In this document: positions 13,001 through 25,262 of the stretch, in pieces
How the letters are laid out: every line of letters starts with the position of its first letter
Numbering within the stretch: position 1 is the first letter of the stretch
Source of the DNA: Thecamonas trahens ATCC 50062
Lineage: Eukaryota; Protista; Apusomonadida
Direction of reading: 5' to 3'
Length of the DNA: 64,000 bases
Assembly: GCF_000142905.1 (NCBI RefSeq)
Contig: NW_013657630.1
Location: 16,832-80,831, forward strand
Translations under genes and position numbers: made by a program
The notes under the pieces: generated by a model
The model's input: only the letters and a program-made list of their open reading frames with translations
Database searches by the model: none
Told to the model about the DNA's origin: nothing

Positions 13001-14069
13001 GCTCTCGCCGACGCCGCAGGAACGGGCGGTCAAGATCTGCCTCCTCGTCGACGTGGCGACCAACTGCCTCGCGCTGGCGAATTTTTCCTCGCTCATGGCC
13101 ATCATTTCAGCGCTCGAGTCTGCGGCCATCTCACGGCTCAAGTTTACCTTTGAGCTTGTGCCGGAGGACTACCTCATGCAGTTCAAGGTGCTCAAGGAGG
13201 TCATGTCGATGAACCACAACTACCTCAACTACCGCGACAAGCTCAAGGCGACCGAGCCGCCGGCGGTGCCGTACATGGGTGTCTTCCTCGCCGACCTCGT
13301 GTTCATTGACGACGGCAATCCCGACACGCTCCTCCGGTCGTCGCCGCTCATCAACGTCGAGAAGCACCGCATGACAACCTCGGTCATCGACACCATCCTC
13401 CGTTGCGCCTCGGTCCCGTACGCGCTCTACCAGGTGCCGCCCATCCAGGCATACCTCCTCCGCGACAACTTGCCGCGGCTCGACGAGAACCAGCAGTACA
13501 AGCGGTCACTCGCGCTCGAGCCGCGGTCGGCGACCGCCAAATCGGTCGGCTCGCGCCGGCGCCGCATCAAGTACACCCCGCAGCGCGGGAACCAGCGGCC
13601 CGAGTTTGACGCCGGCGACGACGCTCAGCTCATCGATGACCTGCTCCGTCACATGGAGCGCCGCACCGTGGCCAAGGGCGAGCACATTGTCCGCGTCGGC
13701 GAGACCGGCCGCTCCATGTTCTTCCTCGTCGACGGTGTCGTCGAGGTTGAGCTCCCCGACGGCCGCTCGTTCCTCTGCAACCAGGGCGCGTTCTTTGGCG
13801 AAATCGCCATGTTCCTCGACCAGCCGCGCTCGGCCTCCATTCGCGCCCACTCGGCCGCCACCATTCTTGTCCTCACACGCGAGGTCTGCGATGACGTCAT
13901 GTCTGCATACCCCGAGCTCCAGTTCAAGTTCCAGCGACTCGGCGAGGAACGGCTCCGCGCCGACGAAGCCGGGTCTGACTCGTCCAACTCAAAGCTCCGC
14001 AAGTGGATGCGCAAGATTGCCGTCTCGGCCACCGAACGCGCCATCAACTACACTTTTCCCACAGAGTGA
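10058..14069 (+). CDS. Multidomain Ras-family GEF: possible F-BAR-like helical region, IQ motifs, REM, CDC25 domain and C-terminal cyclic-nucleotide-binding domain
   Basis: Three ORF pieces join after +1 nt at TTTT 12146-12149 and near CCC 12696-12698. IQ-like IIIQREF and LQRFFRRW; REM FLTTHTLFVAPDKLFDLLVLRF; CDC25 ELARQLCL, NFSSLMAIISAL, PAVPYMGVFLADLVFIDDGNPD; CNB FFGEIAMFLDQPRSASI. Confidence 0.88.
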
Positions 14070-14071
14070 TG

Positions 14072-15801
14072 CTACCGCGGCTGCAACTGCCCGTCCGCCG
14101 CCGCGGCCTTGAGCTGCGGGATGAGCTCAAGCATCTCCTCGGTCATGCCCAGCAGCTGAGGGTCGACCACCTCGCTGTCGACCTCGTCGCCGCGGAGCTC
14201 GAGCACGTCCTTGATGGCGCGGTAGTCGGCCTCGGCGGCGTCGAGGTTCTCGACCGTTGCCGCATCTGACGCCGCCCGCAGCGCCGTGTACAGCCGCCCG
14301 CGCATGTGCCGCGCCGTCACGTAGTTGCCGAGCGCCTCGTTGTCGACCTTGAGGCTTGCCGCGTCGAGCGCGCCTGGCTCGCGGCTCTCGGCCGATCCGG
14401 GTGTTGCTCCATGTGCCACCGCAATGTAAAGCGTGAGCGAAGCAATTGCCTTGACCGCCACCTCGTTGAGCCGCTGCGTGGTGTGCACCGCTCGCCCGTC
14501 GCGCACCGCAGCCGCCTTGGCATCGTAGATGCCGACCAGCGCCGACGCCACCTCGTACGAGAGCTGGAGCCAGGCAGCGTAAAAGTGGGCATAGTTGAGC
14601 TCTTTCATGACCGGATCGAGCGCGTTGACCTTGCGCTTGAGGAGCTTTGTCCGGATCGAGTCGTCGTCTGCAACCGGGCGAGGACCTCGTACAACCGGCC
14701 CTTGTGAATGAGCGCCTCCACGTGCTTGCTCACGTACCCGTCGAGTACAAAGGTGCTCAGCGCAGCCTCGACCGCCCGAAGGCCGATGAGGAATGCCGGC
14801 TGCGCAGCCTTGAATCCAGCAACCGGTGTGAGGTCAAGCCCGCTCAGCACGCTTGCGTCCTCACCGCTGGCTGCCAGCTGCGGGAAGAGGTCAACGGTCT
14901 GGTACTCACCGTCGGTGGAACTCGCCCACGCCGCGAGCAGATCGCCTACCAGCGAGGCGGCCGCGATGTAGATGTCGCCGCGGGCCTCAATGCCGGCCTC
15001 GGTCCCGGGTCCAGCGGCCTCGGTCCGCTTGCACATGATGTCGGCAGAGTCGAGGAGCGCCCGCGCGGTGGCAAACCCGCCGCGAGTCGCGTAGTAGCCC
15101 GCGAGCTTGGTCGCGTTGGCCACCCACGCCCACGGCTCGCCCGGCAAGCCGCCGTCGCCGACGGCCGCGATCTGCCTCTCGAGCGTGACCCGGCAGCACT
15201 GGGCCGACTCGTCAACTCGCCCGGCAGCCGCCGCCACCTGTGCCAGTACAAACAGGGAGGTGGTGTGCAGGTGCTCGAGGAAGCGGCTCGCGGCGGAGCC
15301 GTCGTCGTCGTCGGTCACACCGGGAATGACCGACGGCGGCGGCCGCGCCATTTGCTGGTACAGCTCGATGGCTGCTGTCAGATGCTCCTCCGAAGCCTCG
15401 ACCTCACTGCGATTGGCATACAGCACCGCCAACGAGTTGTGAGCATCAAGCGCAGCCAACGGCGAGATGTCGGTGAGACCGTTCTCCAGCGCCTGCAGCA
15501 GCTTCTGCTCGCCCTCGCTCCGCTCTTCGGTCGCCAGATAGTTGAGCCCCAGCCGATACCCGAGATAAGCCTCCCACTCGATGGCGCCCCTGCCCTTTGC
15601 ATCGGACACAGCCTCGCCACCACCATCATGACCACCATCGCCGACTCTGTCCGCAGCACTGTCCCCACTCGCAGCGAGTGCGGCCTCAAGATGGCTCCGG
15701 GCGGCATACTTGGAGTCGAAGCACCGTTCGACTGGGTCCTCGGCAGCCTCGAGGGCGTCGACCGTCTTGACTAGCTCCACTCGTTCGCTTGCTGTTGCCA
15801 T
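14072..15801 (-). CDS. KIFBP: KIF-binding protein (KBP/KIF1BP), TPR-like
   Basis: SKYAARSHL, LGLNYLATEERSEGEQKL, HTTSLFVLAQV, TLERQ, FVLDGYVSKHVE, KRKVNALDPVMKELN. The two ORFs join after +1 T near 14672 (LARFADDD). Confidence 0.88.
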
Positions 15802-16518
15802 GACGCTGCTCTTGGGAGGTCAATGAGTGTGGTGTATGTCTCCGACTCCCCGACCGGGTCGCCTCGCTCACCGCCGGCTGCTTTGGGACGCTTTGCTCAG
15901 TCCTTTGCCGCAAAGGTGCTCCGATCTAGGCTGCACTGACTCTTGATGCTCTCCTCCGAAATGGGTGGCTATGTGGTTGCTTTTCGTGTGCTGTGTGGGG
16001 GGGGCAAGGGGCCGGGTGCTTGTTGGAGTGCGCGGTGAGCGGCAAGGCGAGGGGTGGCCCTGTCGTGTATCTCTACGTGTACCTCGGTAAATATTTTTGC
16101 ACGTGTGAGTAGGGGTACGCCACGCTGTACGCGCACCTGCGTACCCCACACACCGGCTTACCCGCCCCGTCCATCCGCTACCAGCTGCCGCTCGCAGACT
16201 TGCGTCGTATCCGTCTCCCGCAGGCATGTACCGCTATTGTTTCAGCGCCAACATCTCTCGCTAGAGCTCCCTGGTGGACTAATTCCGCGCGTCACTACTG
16301 TCTCCTGCTCGTGTCGCTCATGGCCATCTTCCGGGATCGCCATCCCGCCCACACGCTACCTCATAGCCGTCGCACACACACACACAAATACAGACGCAAA
16401 CACACACACACACCTTACCATTTCTATTTCTCCCTCTTGCAGACTTTTCCGCACGATCACGAGTGTACTCAATTATGGTCCGGCCCGATCATGCTGGGTG
16501 GCTGACCGAGGGACACAA

Positions 16519-16559
16519 TGACGTCGAGTTCACGTCAGCATGCCCGACAAGGCACGTCA
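16519..16559. promoter_or_regulatory. Cluster of three TGACGT-core (CRE/C-box-like) sites upstream of the bZIP gene
   Basis: TGACGTC at 16519-16525, CACGTCA at 16531-16537 and CACGTCA at 16553-16559. Confidence 0.35.
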
Positions 16560-16642
16560 CCGCGAGTGAGCAGACCAACTAACGGGAGAGAGCGTGGGTA
16601 GACCCGACTCAGAGACATACGCAAGTGGTTGTGTGTGAGGGT

Positions 16643-17608
16643 ATGAAGCTCGATTCGCTCGCCAGGGCCGCAGTCTCGCTCGGCGGCGAAGACAGGGACC
16701 TGCCGTCATCGCACATGGTCCACAGGAAGGCTGGGAAGAGCGGCAAGGCCAGGAAGAGCGTGAAGAGCGGAGAGGGTGGGAAGGGCAGGCGGCAGCAACA
16801 GCAGCAGCAGCAGCAGCAACAACAACAACGGGCTACAACAGCAAGGGTGGTTGTTCCCGCGGCTTCATCGACGACATCGGCGTCATCGGCATCCATCGCG
16901 TCGACAGCCCCGGCGGCGTTCCCGGCGGCTGCCTCTAGCTCCGAGTCGAGCCGGCGCGCGGAGCGGCGCGGCGGAAACGGACGTGGGCGGGTTAAGCGCG
17001 AGGTCGAGTGCGAGCCGTATGGGCCGGTGGGGCGCGGGGCTAGTGGCGATGGCGACGATGAGCAGCGGCATGACGATGGGGCCGAGAGCGGCGGCGGCGC
17101 CAATGAGACCGCCAAGGGAGGTTCCGACGGGGCGTCGCTGCGGCGGGCTATGGAGGAGCTGAAGGAGCTGGAAGACTCGGTCCACAACATCAAGGACTTG
17201 ACAGAGGCACAGCGGGCGCGTCGGCGGAAGATCCAGAACCGGATCGCAGCGCATCGTCTGCGTGTGCGGAAAAAGGGCCGCATCGCGCAGCTCGAGGTGG
17301 AGAACTCGACGTATCGCGACCGCATCCGCGAGTTGGAGGCCATCATCATTGCCGAGTCGCGCGAAGGCCAGGTGACCTCGCTCAAGCAGCACATCGACGA
17401 CCAGGCTGCTCGAATCACCCTTCTGGAGACCTCGCTCGGGGTCGGGAGCCGTGGCGGCGGCGCAGCAGACACGGCGCCTCCCGCCACCGATCTCGCCGCC
17501 GACCTCGCCAAGGCCCGGATCCGGGTGACTGAGCTTGAGGCGCTCGTCGCGCACCAGGCGCTCACCATCCGCAAACTGGAGAAGGACGCCAAGTCGGCAC
17601 AGTTGTGA
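16643..17608 (+). CDS. bZIP transcription factor
   Basis: Basic region RRRKIQNRIAAHRLRVRKK followed by the heptad zipper IAQLEVENSTYRDRIRELE; poly-Gln N-terminus and a further coiled coil. Confidence 0.88.
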   Translation: MKLDSLARAAVSLGGEDRDLPSSHMVHRKAGKSGKARKSVKSGEGGKGRRQQQQQQQQQQQQRATTARVVVPAASSTTSASSASIASTAPAAFPAAASSSESSRRAERRGGNGRGRVKREVECEPYGPVGRGASGDGDDEQRHDDGAESGGGANETAKGGSDGASLRRAMEELKELEDSVHNIKDLTEAQRARRRKIQNRIAAHRLRVRKKGRIAQLEVENSTYRDRIRELEAIIIAESREGQVTSLKQHIDDQAARITLLETSLGVGSRGGGAADTAPPATDLAADLAKARIRVTELEALVAHQALTIRKLEKDAKSAQL

Positions 17609-17641
17609 TAGACGGGAAGTTTATGAGCTCAAGCGATGCGG

Positions 17642-19587
17642 CTAGGAGCGGGACGCCTCCTTGGCGGCCTTGTACTTTGCCGAGAGGAGCGACATGAGCT
17701 CGCCGTGTGAAGCGTCAGGATTGGATTGCTTGACCTGTGCGTAGTTGGCCTTGACAAAGTCAGCAAACGGGTTGGCGGCGCGGGCGGACTTTTGCAGGGC
17801 GAGAACGCCCGAACACTTGCCACAGCGCTGGCTGGCGACGTTGATCGACTTGGAGTGGCGGCCGTAGATAAAGCCGCAGCCGGTGCACTCGTACTTGAAC
17901 TTGTACGTGATGGCGTACGAGTGGCAAGTCGTGATGTGCAGGTCGTGAAAGGCGGCCTCGGCGGCGCGGGCCCAAGCCTTGAACACCTTGCCGTGCGGCG
18001 GCTTGGACACGTGGTTGACGAGCCAGGCTGCAGCGTGGCACATCTCGTGGCAGAGCGTGTTGCGCAGCCGCTCGACGCGATCAAGAACCTTGCACGAGAG
18101 CTCGATGTGAGCCGAGTACTCGGTCCCGCGCCGCCGCATGATCGTCCGCCCGGCGGTCTTGGTCAGCCGCGGCGCCCAGATCAGCTCCATGTCTGCTGGC
18201 AGCAGCGAGTCAAACGCCTTGGCGTTGAACTCGGCGTAAAAAGTACGAGAAAGCTCTTCGCGCTGCCGCTTGAACGCCGCCATTGACATCGGCTTGGCCG
18301 GCGCGCGCTTGACCGGCGCGCACTTGACCGGCGATGGCGAGAGTGACGGCAACCGCGGCGCCGGCGAGGCCGATGGCGACGACTGGTACGAGTAGCCGCC
18401 GCGGTCGAGTGCCGGCTCTCGTCGTCCGACCCGAGCAGCTGCGAGTACTCGCTCATGTCCGAGGTGTTGACCACAAAGCTGCGAGTACTCGCTCATGTCC
18501 GAGGTGTTGACCACAAATCCGTCGAGCGACGAGTCAAGATCGGCGCGCAGACTCTGCCGCAGGCTCTGAGTCCGAGTTCGAGTCCGAGTCCGAGTCCGAG
18601 TCCGAGTCCGAGTCCGAGTCGATGATGCGGCGCTTGGGGCGGCAGGGTCGGCGGGTGGGGACTAGGTCGATGCTGTCGTCGTTATCAAAGGCGTATGCAT
18701 CGACCGCGGGTGGAGAGGGTGGCGAATCGGGCCGAACGACGGTTGGAATGTTGGCCTCGGCCGATTCGGCGAGTGTGCTGTCGGACGTGATGCTGGCGTC
18801 GATACTGGCGTCGATACTGGCGTCGATACTGGCGTCGATACTGGCGTCGATACTGGCGTCGATACTGGCGTCAGAGCTAACGTCGAGTGCGTTACAAGGC
18901 GTGACGCTGGCGTCGACTGGGCCATCAGGTGTGACACTGGTGTCTGCACTGACGTCGAGTGCGTCATCAACTCCGCCATCAAACCCGCCATCAAACCCGC
19001 CATCAAGCGTGACGCTCACGTCAAGCCCGCCATCGAGCGCATCACTGGCGTCAAGCCCGCCATCAAGCGTGACGCTCACGTCAAGCCCGCCATCGAGCGC
19101 ATCACTGGCGTCAAGCCCGCCATCAGACACGCCGGCCATACACTCACCGTCACACCGGTCGCCGCCTACTCTCCCGCCCTCGGCACCATCGTCAAATGAG
19201 AGCCTCCGCTCCGTCTTGGGCAAAGCCTCGAGCTTGTTGAGATCAAAGTCGGCAAGCGCATACCGCTACCACCCATCCACATCAAGTCACCACACATGAG
19301 TATACGGCCAGACACACGTCGAGTGGTGGCGTTGGGGGGGGAGAGAGAGAGAAGAAAAAAATTAGTCAAACGCCGGGAGAAACCGAGTGGCCGCCAACTC
19401 TGGCGCCAAATGGCTCAACACGTACTGTCACCCTTGGCGTGAGCGTATAGCGCTCGGGCCGGGCTGGTGTGGAGACCACCAGCACGTCAGCATTCTCCTT
19501 GACACTTGCCGCCTTGCTCATCCCTCCTAGAGGGGTCATCCACCCGTACTTGAGCGCTGTCGCCATGAACCGCTCGGGGCTGCTCAT
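17642..19587 (-). CDS. GCNA: GCNA/ACRC-like SprT metalloprotease (acidic disordered N-terminus, SprT, Zn ribbon, HMG-like box)
   Basis: Exon 1 is 19587-19426, intron 19425-19266. DASI and DS repeats; RLTKTAG, RLRNTLCHEMCHAA (HExxH), HGKVFK, CHSYAITYKFKYECTGCG..YGRHSKS, CGKC, NPFADFVKANY. The frame is disrupted at about 18410-18550 by a 40-bp tandem duplication and small indels. Confidence 0.82.
18437..18516. repeat. Perfect 40-bp tandem duplication inside GCNA
   Basis: agctgcgagtactcgctcatgtccgaggtgttgaccacaa at 18437-18476 and 18477-18516. Confidence 0.95.
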
Positions 19588-20405
19588 CGTAGGCCTGTCG
19601 GACGTTGAGTGGTCGCCGTCTGGCTCGCCAGACACCCGATGCCCCCTTCACCGCCATCACTTGGCCACAATGAACCAGCCGCTAACCCGCTACCACACCT
19701 TGACCCGCATCAGCTTCCCCTCGAATCCAACACCACTCAAATGCCGCATCAATAGCCAGCTCATGCTGTACATGGCACCAACACGCATCGTCGCATCATC
19801 GCATCATCACTCCTGCATCAACATGCATCAGCTCACATCAACATTCGGAGCAACGGCTACGCCTCCCTCGCCGCTGACGAGGTCTCAGCTCATAGCAATT
19901 GCAGTAGTCCCTGCTTCCTCCCCCCCCGTGTCATGATACAGGCGCATGATGCGCGGCCTATTCTTTTCGAGGCAGAATGATGGCCATCACTGCTTGTGCC
20001 GCCGTTCCGGAACCGGAAGTGGGCAACCCACGCGGAGCAGGTGGCGGAATACGTGCGACATCTGACTCTGGCTGACCTCGAGTGATGCGAGCCATGCGAG
20101 GGCGCACCGATGAATGGATTTCTGAGAAAGGGCCAGAGGAGCAACATCATGCCGTCGGCTATGTCTCTGCTGTGCCGCGTATCCGTGTGCTGCGTGGGCG
20201 GCGAAAGCGAGCCGCGGGCAAGGTGGCATCAAGGCAGGCACCTCGCGATCACGGCCGTGATCACAGCCGTGATCGCGCGGCTGCTGAACACAGCCGGCGG
20301 GAGGCCGCGAGCAGGCGAGCGAGCAAAGGTTGGCAAGGGTGCAACACTGCACGTGTGGGCAAGGCGTCAGGGAGAAGGAGACCAGCGTGGCACGGGCCGG
20401 CAAGC

Positions 20406-23092
20406 ATGAGCGAGACCCCGCACAGGCCGGTGACCAAGGGCGCGTCCATGACTGCGCTGTTGGAGCAGCAGCGGCAAAAGGCCGCACGTCGTGGTGGTGG
20501 TGTTGCAGACGGTGGTGATCACGGCCACGGGAATGGCCACCCTTCCCAAGCCCCCATGGCAAGCCTTGGCGTGGAACAGCTGCAGAACATGCGCTCACTC
20601 TCGCTCCCACACTCTCTCAAAGAGACTGGTACGTTTTTTCTTGTGGTTCCCTTGCCCATACCCCCCCCTTCCCCGTCTCCGCCCTTTGCCTGTCGCTCGC
20701 CGAATACGCGTGGGTTCAACTCGCTCGGAAAGCTTCGGCCTTCCCACCTCTGCCCCCACCTCCACCACCCCCACATTGCCCTCCCCCATCACCTCATACT
20801 CACCGTCCAACCCTCAACTGTGCTTGTGCTTGCTTGTCCTGCTCTCTCCTCCTCCGCGTCACCCTCCTCCGCCCGCCACTCCTGCCGCGTCACCGCCGTC
20901 CTGCCTCTCTTCGCTCCTTGTTCAACCAATCATGGCACTTTTTGTCGCCTTTCACCACAGGCCCGATGAACGCGTCGCTGAAGACGCGGGCCCTGGGTCA
21001 GTATCGCCGCCTCATGCGGCAGAACAAGATCAAGAAGCAGTACCAGAACGCGTGGGATGTGTCGGAGCTCATGGGCGTCTCGCTGTACATGGCGCTTGAG
21101 CTCGCACGCGACCGCATCATGGCCGAGGAAGACGCCTCGCGGGTGCTGACCCGCCAGGAGCTTGTTACGCTCCACACTCTGGTCTCAGACGCCGTTGCCG
21201 CGTTTGTGAGCGAGACTGTGCGCGAGGTCGAGGCCCGCGCCGCCCACCGCGCCGCTCGCCGCGCCCGCCGCATCGCGGCTGTCGAGGCCAAGGCATTGGC
21301 TGCTACCTCGGGCGCGAGCCACGATTCGGCCACCGCACACAGCCTCGACCCGTCAGCACACGACTTGGCGGCGTCGCCGGACTCGGTCGGCTCGCCGGGC
21401 CCGCGCCGCCGCCGCCACCGCCGGGAGCCCGGGACCAGCGACCGCCGACGTGCCCCGCTCCGGGTCCAGTCGTCGCAGTCGCTCTCGGCCGACTCGGACG
21501 ACTACTCGCCGGAACGGCCCACCCCCACCCGGCAGTTCAAGTCGTCGGCCGAGCTCGAAACAAAGCACGCGCGCTCCGCAGCCTCGCGCGCCCGTGCCGA
21601 GGACCAGGCCTTGAGCGAGGAGTCGGCCCAGCTCTCCGACTCGTGTGACTCGGGCTCTTCGTCGTCAACCATCACTTCGCCGTCTCGCGAGGAGGACTCC
21701 GGCAGCTCAGACAGCTACAGCAAGGGTGGTGTCTGCCCGCTGCCGGCCGGCGACGCCACCTCAACCTCGTCGTCGAGTCCGACGTACGGCTCGGGCTACT
21801 CGGGCTACTCAGACTACTCGGACTACTCGTCCGAGTATGACTCGGATGGCGAGTCCAGCACCGCAACTGGCGCCGGCCCGCTCCGCCCGGTCTACGGACC
21901 CGACGCCCTGCGCTCGCCTGCAGCCGCCAAGCTTGTCTTTGCTGGTGACGAACTGCGCGAGGTGCTTGTCAACGCCGTTGACGAATGGGAGCCCGAGCCC
22001 GACGGCTCGGCCATGCCCGTGCAGGTCGCCGGCGCGCGGACGCAGGGCTCGCGCTCGCATCTGGAGGACACTTTCCTCTGCACGCCATTCCTGGAGGCGC
22101 TGTGCCTGGGCGAGAGCGTGCCGGAGACTGCCCACGCCGAGCCTACCTTCCTGGCCTCGATCTTTGACGGCCACAACGGCGCATACGCCTCCGAGTACGC
22201 CGTCTCGCAGCTCTTCCTCCCCATCGGCAACGCGCTCGCCTCGCGCAGCAGCCTTGCCGGCGCCGAGCTCGACAACAGCGAGCTCGGCGCCGTGGTCACA
22301 CTCGCCTGCCTCGACGTCGACGCCACCTTTAACGCCAAGGCCACCCGCGAGTCGCTCAACGACGGCTCAACCGCGCTCATTGTCCTCCTCCGCGGCAAAA
22401 AGCTCTTTGTAGCCAACGTCGGCGACTCGCATGCGGTCGTCTCGGACGCCGGCACCGCCCACCTCCTCTCGTCCATGCATTCGCCCAAGCGGCCCGACGA
22501 GGAAGAGCGCATCATCAACTCTGGCGGCTCAGTCGTTTGGTTCGGGACGTGGCGCGTCAACGGCTCTCTCGCCGTCTCGCGCTCAATCGGCGACCCACAG
22601 TACCAGGACATCGTCATCCCCAATCCCGAGTTTGCAACCTACGACGTTCTGGACTCGTACGAGTTTGTCCTTCTCGCCTCGGACGGCGTGTGGGACGTCT
22701 TCCCTCACCAGGACGCCGTTGACTTTGTCCGCTCACGGCTCCTCGCCGGCGCCTCGCCCGGCGCCGTCATCGACGCCCTCCTCGACGAGGCTGTCCACGC
22801 CCGCAGCTCGCCCGACAACGCCACTGCCGTCCTTCTCGTCCTCCGCACCCCCGTCGACGACCCGCCGTCGCCGGCCTCAGCCGCGCCACCGCTCCTTGTC
22901 AAGCACTCCTCCAACCTCGCCATCGTACCCTCGTCTCCCCTGGTGGCCTCGCCCAACTCGGCAGGCGCCGCCTTTCACAGCAAGTCGCCGCCCGCCGTCA
23001 CTTGCAACGTCATTGCGCCCTCTTCCCCACTCGTCCGCAAGTCCTCTTCTGAGAGCATCTCCCGCACGAGTCCAGCAAGTGCTGCATCATGA
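20406..23092 (+). CDS. Protein phosphatase 2C (PPM family) with a long N-terminal extension
   Basis: Exon 1 is 20406-20628, intron 20629-20960 (GTACGT...CAG). RSHLED, FDGHNG, DGSTA, ANVGDS, WRVNGSLAVSRSIGD, LASDGVWD and SPDNAT; the metal-binding Asp residues are intact. Confidence 0.93.
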
Positions 23093-23435
23093 CGGCCCCG
23101 CCTCCTCCTCCCACACCCAATGATATGGAGTAGACTAGCCATTGCAAGGATCGAGTGGGGTGCAGTGTAGAGAGTATTCAACAAGATGTGACAAAGAGGC
23201 CGAAAAACCTGCCATCGACTCGTTTGCAGTTCCCTCTCCGCCCCAACACCCGCACTCGCCGTCCGAATCATTGGCCAGCTGGCAGACCAGTCGCCACCAC
23301 TACCGCACAACACCCCACCACCCCGCCCGAAACCAACACCTCGGGAGGGAGGTACCCACCACCACCACCCACCACCACCACCCACCCACCACCACCACCA
23401 CCCACCACCGCCACCACTACCGCATACACACACCC

Positions 23436-24250
23436 ATGTCGTCCTTCTCCATTGTTTCCGTCTCGCTCTCGGACGACCTGTCCACCCCGCCCGAGTCCGA
23501 GTCGTCGCTCACCCTGGTACGCCCGCACACGCCCACGCCCATGCCCACACCCATGCCAATGCTGCACGAGGGGGGGGGGTACCCATGGGGGGAAACGGGG
23601 GGAGGGTGCAGCATGGGTGCTATGGTGGGGCTGTTTGGCAGCAGTCTGCCTGCCCACACCGTCCGCTCTGCCGGCCTGTGGCGGGAGGGAGGGGGAAGAG
23701 GGGAAGAAGGGGGGGTGCGTGGGGGGTGGGGGGTGACTGACTGGGAAAAATTTGTTGGGTGCTGGCTTGCCGACTGGCTCGGGCCTTGCCTCTCGCCTGC
23801 CGACCGCATGGGATCGATGGCCTACTGCCTGGTGCCAACACGACTGCGTCGCAACCACAGCTCGAGTACCCCATATGCCGCAAGTGCTGCATCTCGCGGG
23901 AGGAGCGAGTGACACACAAGGAGGCTATCAAGCGGCAGCGGCGGATCCGCGCACTTCGTGCGGGCCAGCCTGACCCGTATCCACCCAAGGACGGCAAGTG
24001 CGCGTGCTGGGCAAGGCGATGCCCGGCCGAGTGCGTCGTGTGGGACTGCTGCCGCCCGGCACCCGCAACCGCCAAGCCGCAGATCCGGTCGGCGGCCAAG
24101 CGCAAGCCGGTCCACGACGAGTGCTCCTACTCGCCGGAGCCGCTCTCCTACTCGTCGTCGTCGACCGAGTGGGAACTCTTCCACGACCTGCGCAAGGCAG
24201 GCGGCAAGAGCACCGCGCGCACCTACAAGTCGTCGCGTTCCAGGCCATGA
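23436..24250 (+). CDS. Small Cys-rich hypothetical protein (2 exons, 156 aa)
   Basis: Exon 1 is 23436-23516, intron GTACGC...CAG, exon 2 is 23861-24250, in frame. Contains CRKCC and CACWARRCPAECVVWDCC. Confidence 0.6.
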
Positions 24251-24341
24251 TCGCCGCCGCCATTTATCGTCGTCGCCGGCGTACGCATCCATCCTCGCAG
24301 AGTAAAGCCCCCGCTGCAACCGCTGCTCCATCGCTCCTCTC

Positions 24342-25262
24342 TCACTCTCTGGCGCTCGGCAGCCGTATGCACCGCACCTCGTTGCCCATCCGCAGCTCAA
24401 TGTCGGTGACCCGGGCCGAGATCGTCGACCCGCCGAGGAGCCACGGCTTGCTCCGGTCGATCCCACCGTCGTCAGCCCTGTCGTCCACATCACACACAGC
24501 AACTGAGCTGTGAATCAGCCGCTCGCTGTAGTACCGCCGCAGACCGTACGCAGTCATGGCGCGGTCGACGGCGTCAATGAGTGCGCCCACCATCGCCGCA
24601 CACTCGCTCTCCAGGCCCACCACCGCAAACAGCCGTGAGCCGTCGTCATTGGCCACAAAGCCGAGTTCGTCGAGGACAAGAACAACGTCAAACGGCCCGA
24701 CTCCTGCCCTGGCCACCATCTTCTCCACCACCCGCGTCAGCGGCTCCTTGTCCAGCCGCCGGATGGGGAAGACCCGCGAGAGCGAGACGTGCATCGCCTC
24801 CACCGCCCGCCACCGCCCGCCACCGCCCCCGCAGGACGAGTCACAGCGTGCATTGAGCTCGTGGGCCACGCCCGCCACACGGGCTGCGTCCTCGCTCCGC
24901 AGCCGCAACCGTATGCTCACATGTGTGGCCCACGCTCCGTCGACATGGCCAAACTGTCGCCCGCGCCCGTCGCGCTCGCTCCCACGCTTCCGGCTCGTCG
25001 CAAACTGCGCTGGCAGAGGAGGCAGCGCCCATCCCGTCGTCGATCCCGCCGTCTCGCCGCCGCCTCTGCTACCACTCGCCCCACTCGGGCCGGCCATGTG
25101 CCCACCAGCCACACGTGGAGACGTTGAATGGCCGGCGGCAGACGATGGCGAGCGATCTTCCGCAGTTGACGGTGGAGGCGGGGGCGGCGACGGAGACGAT
25201 GACGACGATGACGACGATGATGACGATGACGACCTGTTGTACGAGGCAAACAGCGCGTCCAT
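24342..25262 (-). CDS. USB1: U6 snRNA phosphodiesterase USB1 (2H family)
   Basis: GRGRQFGHVDGAWATHV, two HxS motifs (HVSLSR, HSSVA), ANDDGSRLF, YGLRRYY. Confidence 0.9.
   Translation of the reverse strand: MDALFASYNRSSSSSSSSSSSSSPSPPPPPPSTAEDRSPSSAAGHSTSPRVAGGHMAGPSGASGSRGGGETAGSTTGWALPPLPAQFATSRKRGSERDGRGRQFGHVDGAWATHVSIRLRLRSEDAARVAGVAHELNARCDSSCGGGGGRWRAVEAMHVSLSRVFPIRRLDKEPLTRVVEKMVARAGVGPFDVVLVLDELGFVANDDGSRLFAVVGLESECAAMVGALIDAVDRAMTAYGLRRYYSERLIHSSVAVCDVDDRADDGGIDRSKPWLLGGSTISARVTDIELRMGNEVRCIRLPSARE

Noticed and set aside
17340-17608. HAC1/XBP1-type IRE1-spliced intron in the bZIP mRNA
   Set aside because: No convincing pair of CNGCAG stem-loops or alternative extended frame was seen by eye.
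19933-20084. Short + strand frame with an internal TGA (…FEAE*WPSLL…), a selenoprotein candidate
   Set aside because: No redox motif around the TGA, the downstream ATGA…AAA segment lacks the closing GA of a SECIS, and it lies in the divergent GCNA/PP2C intergenic region.
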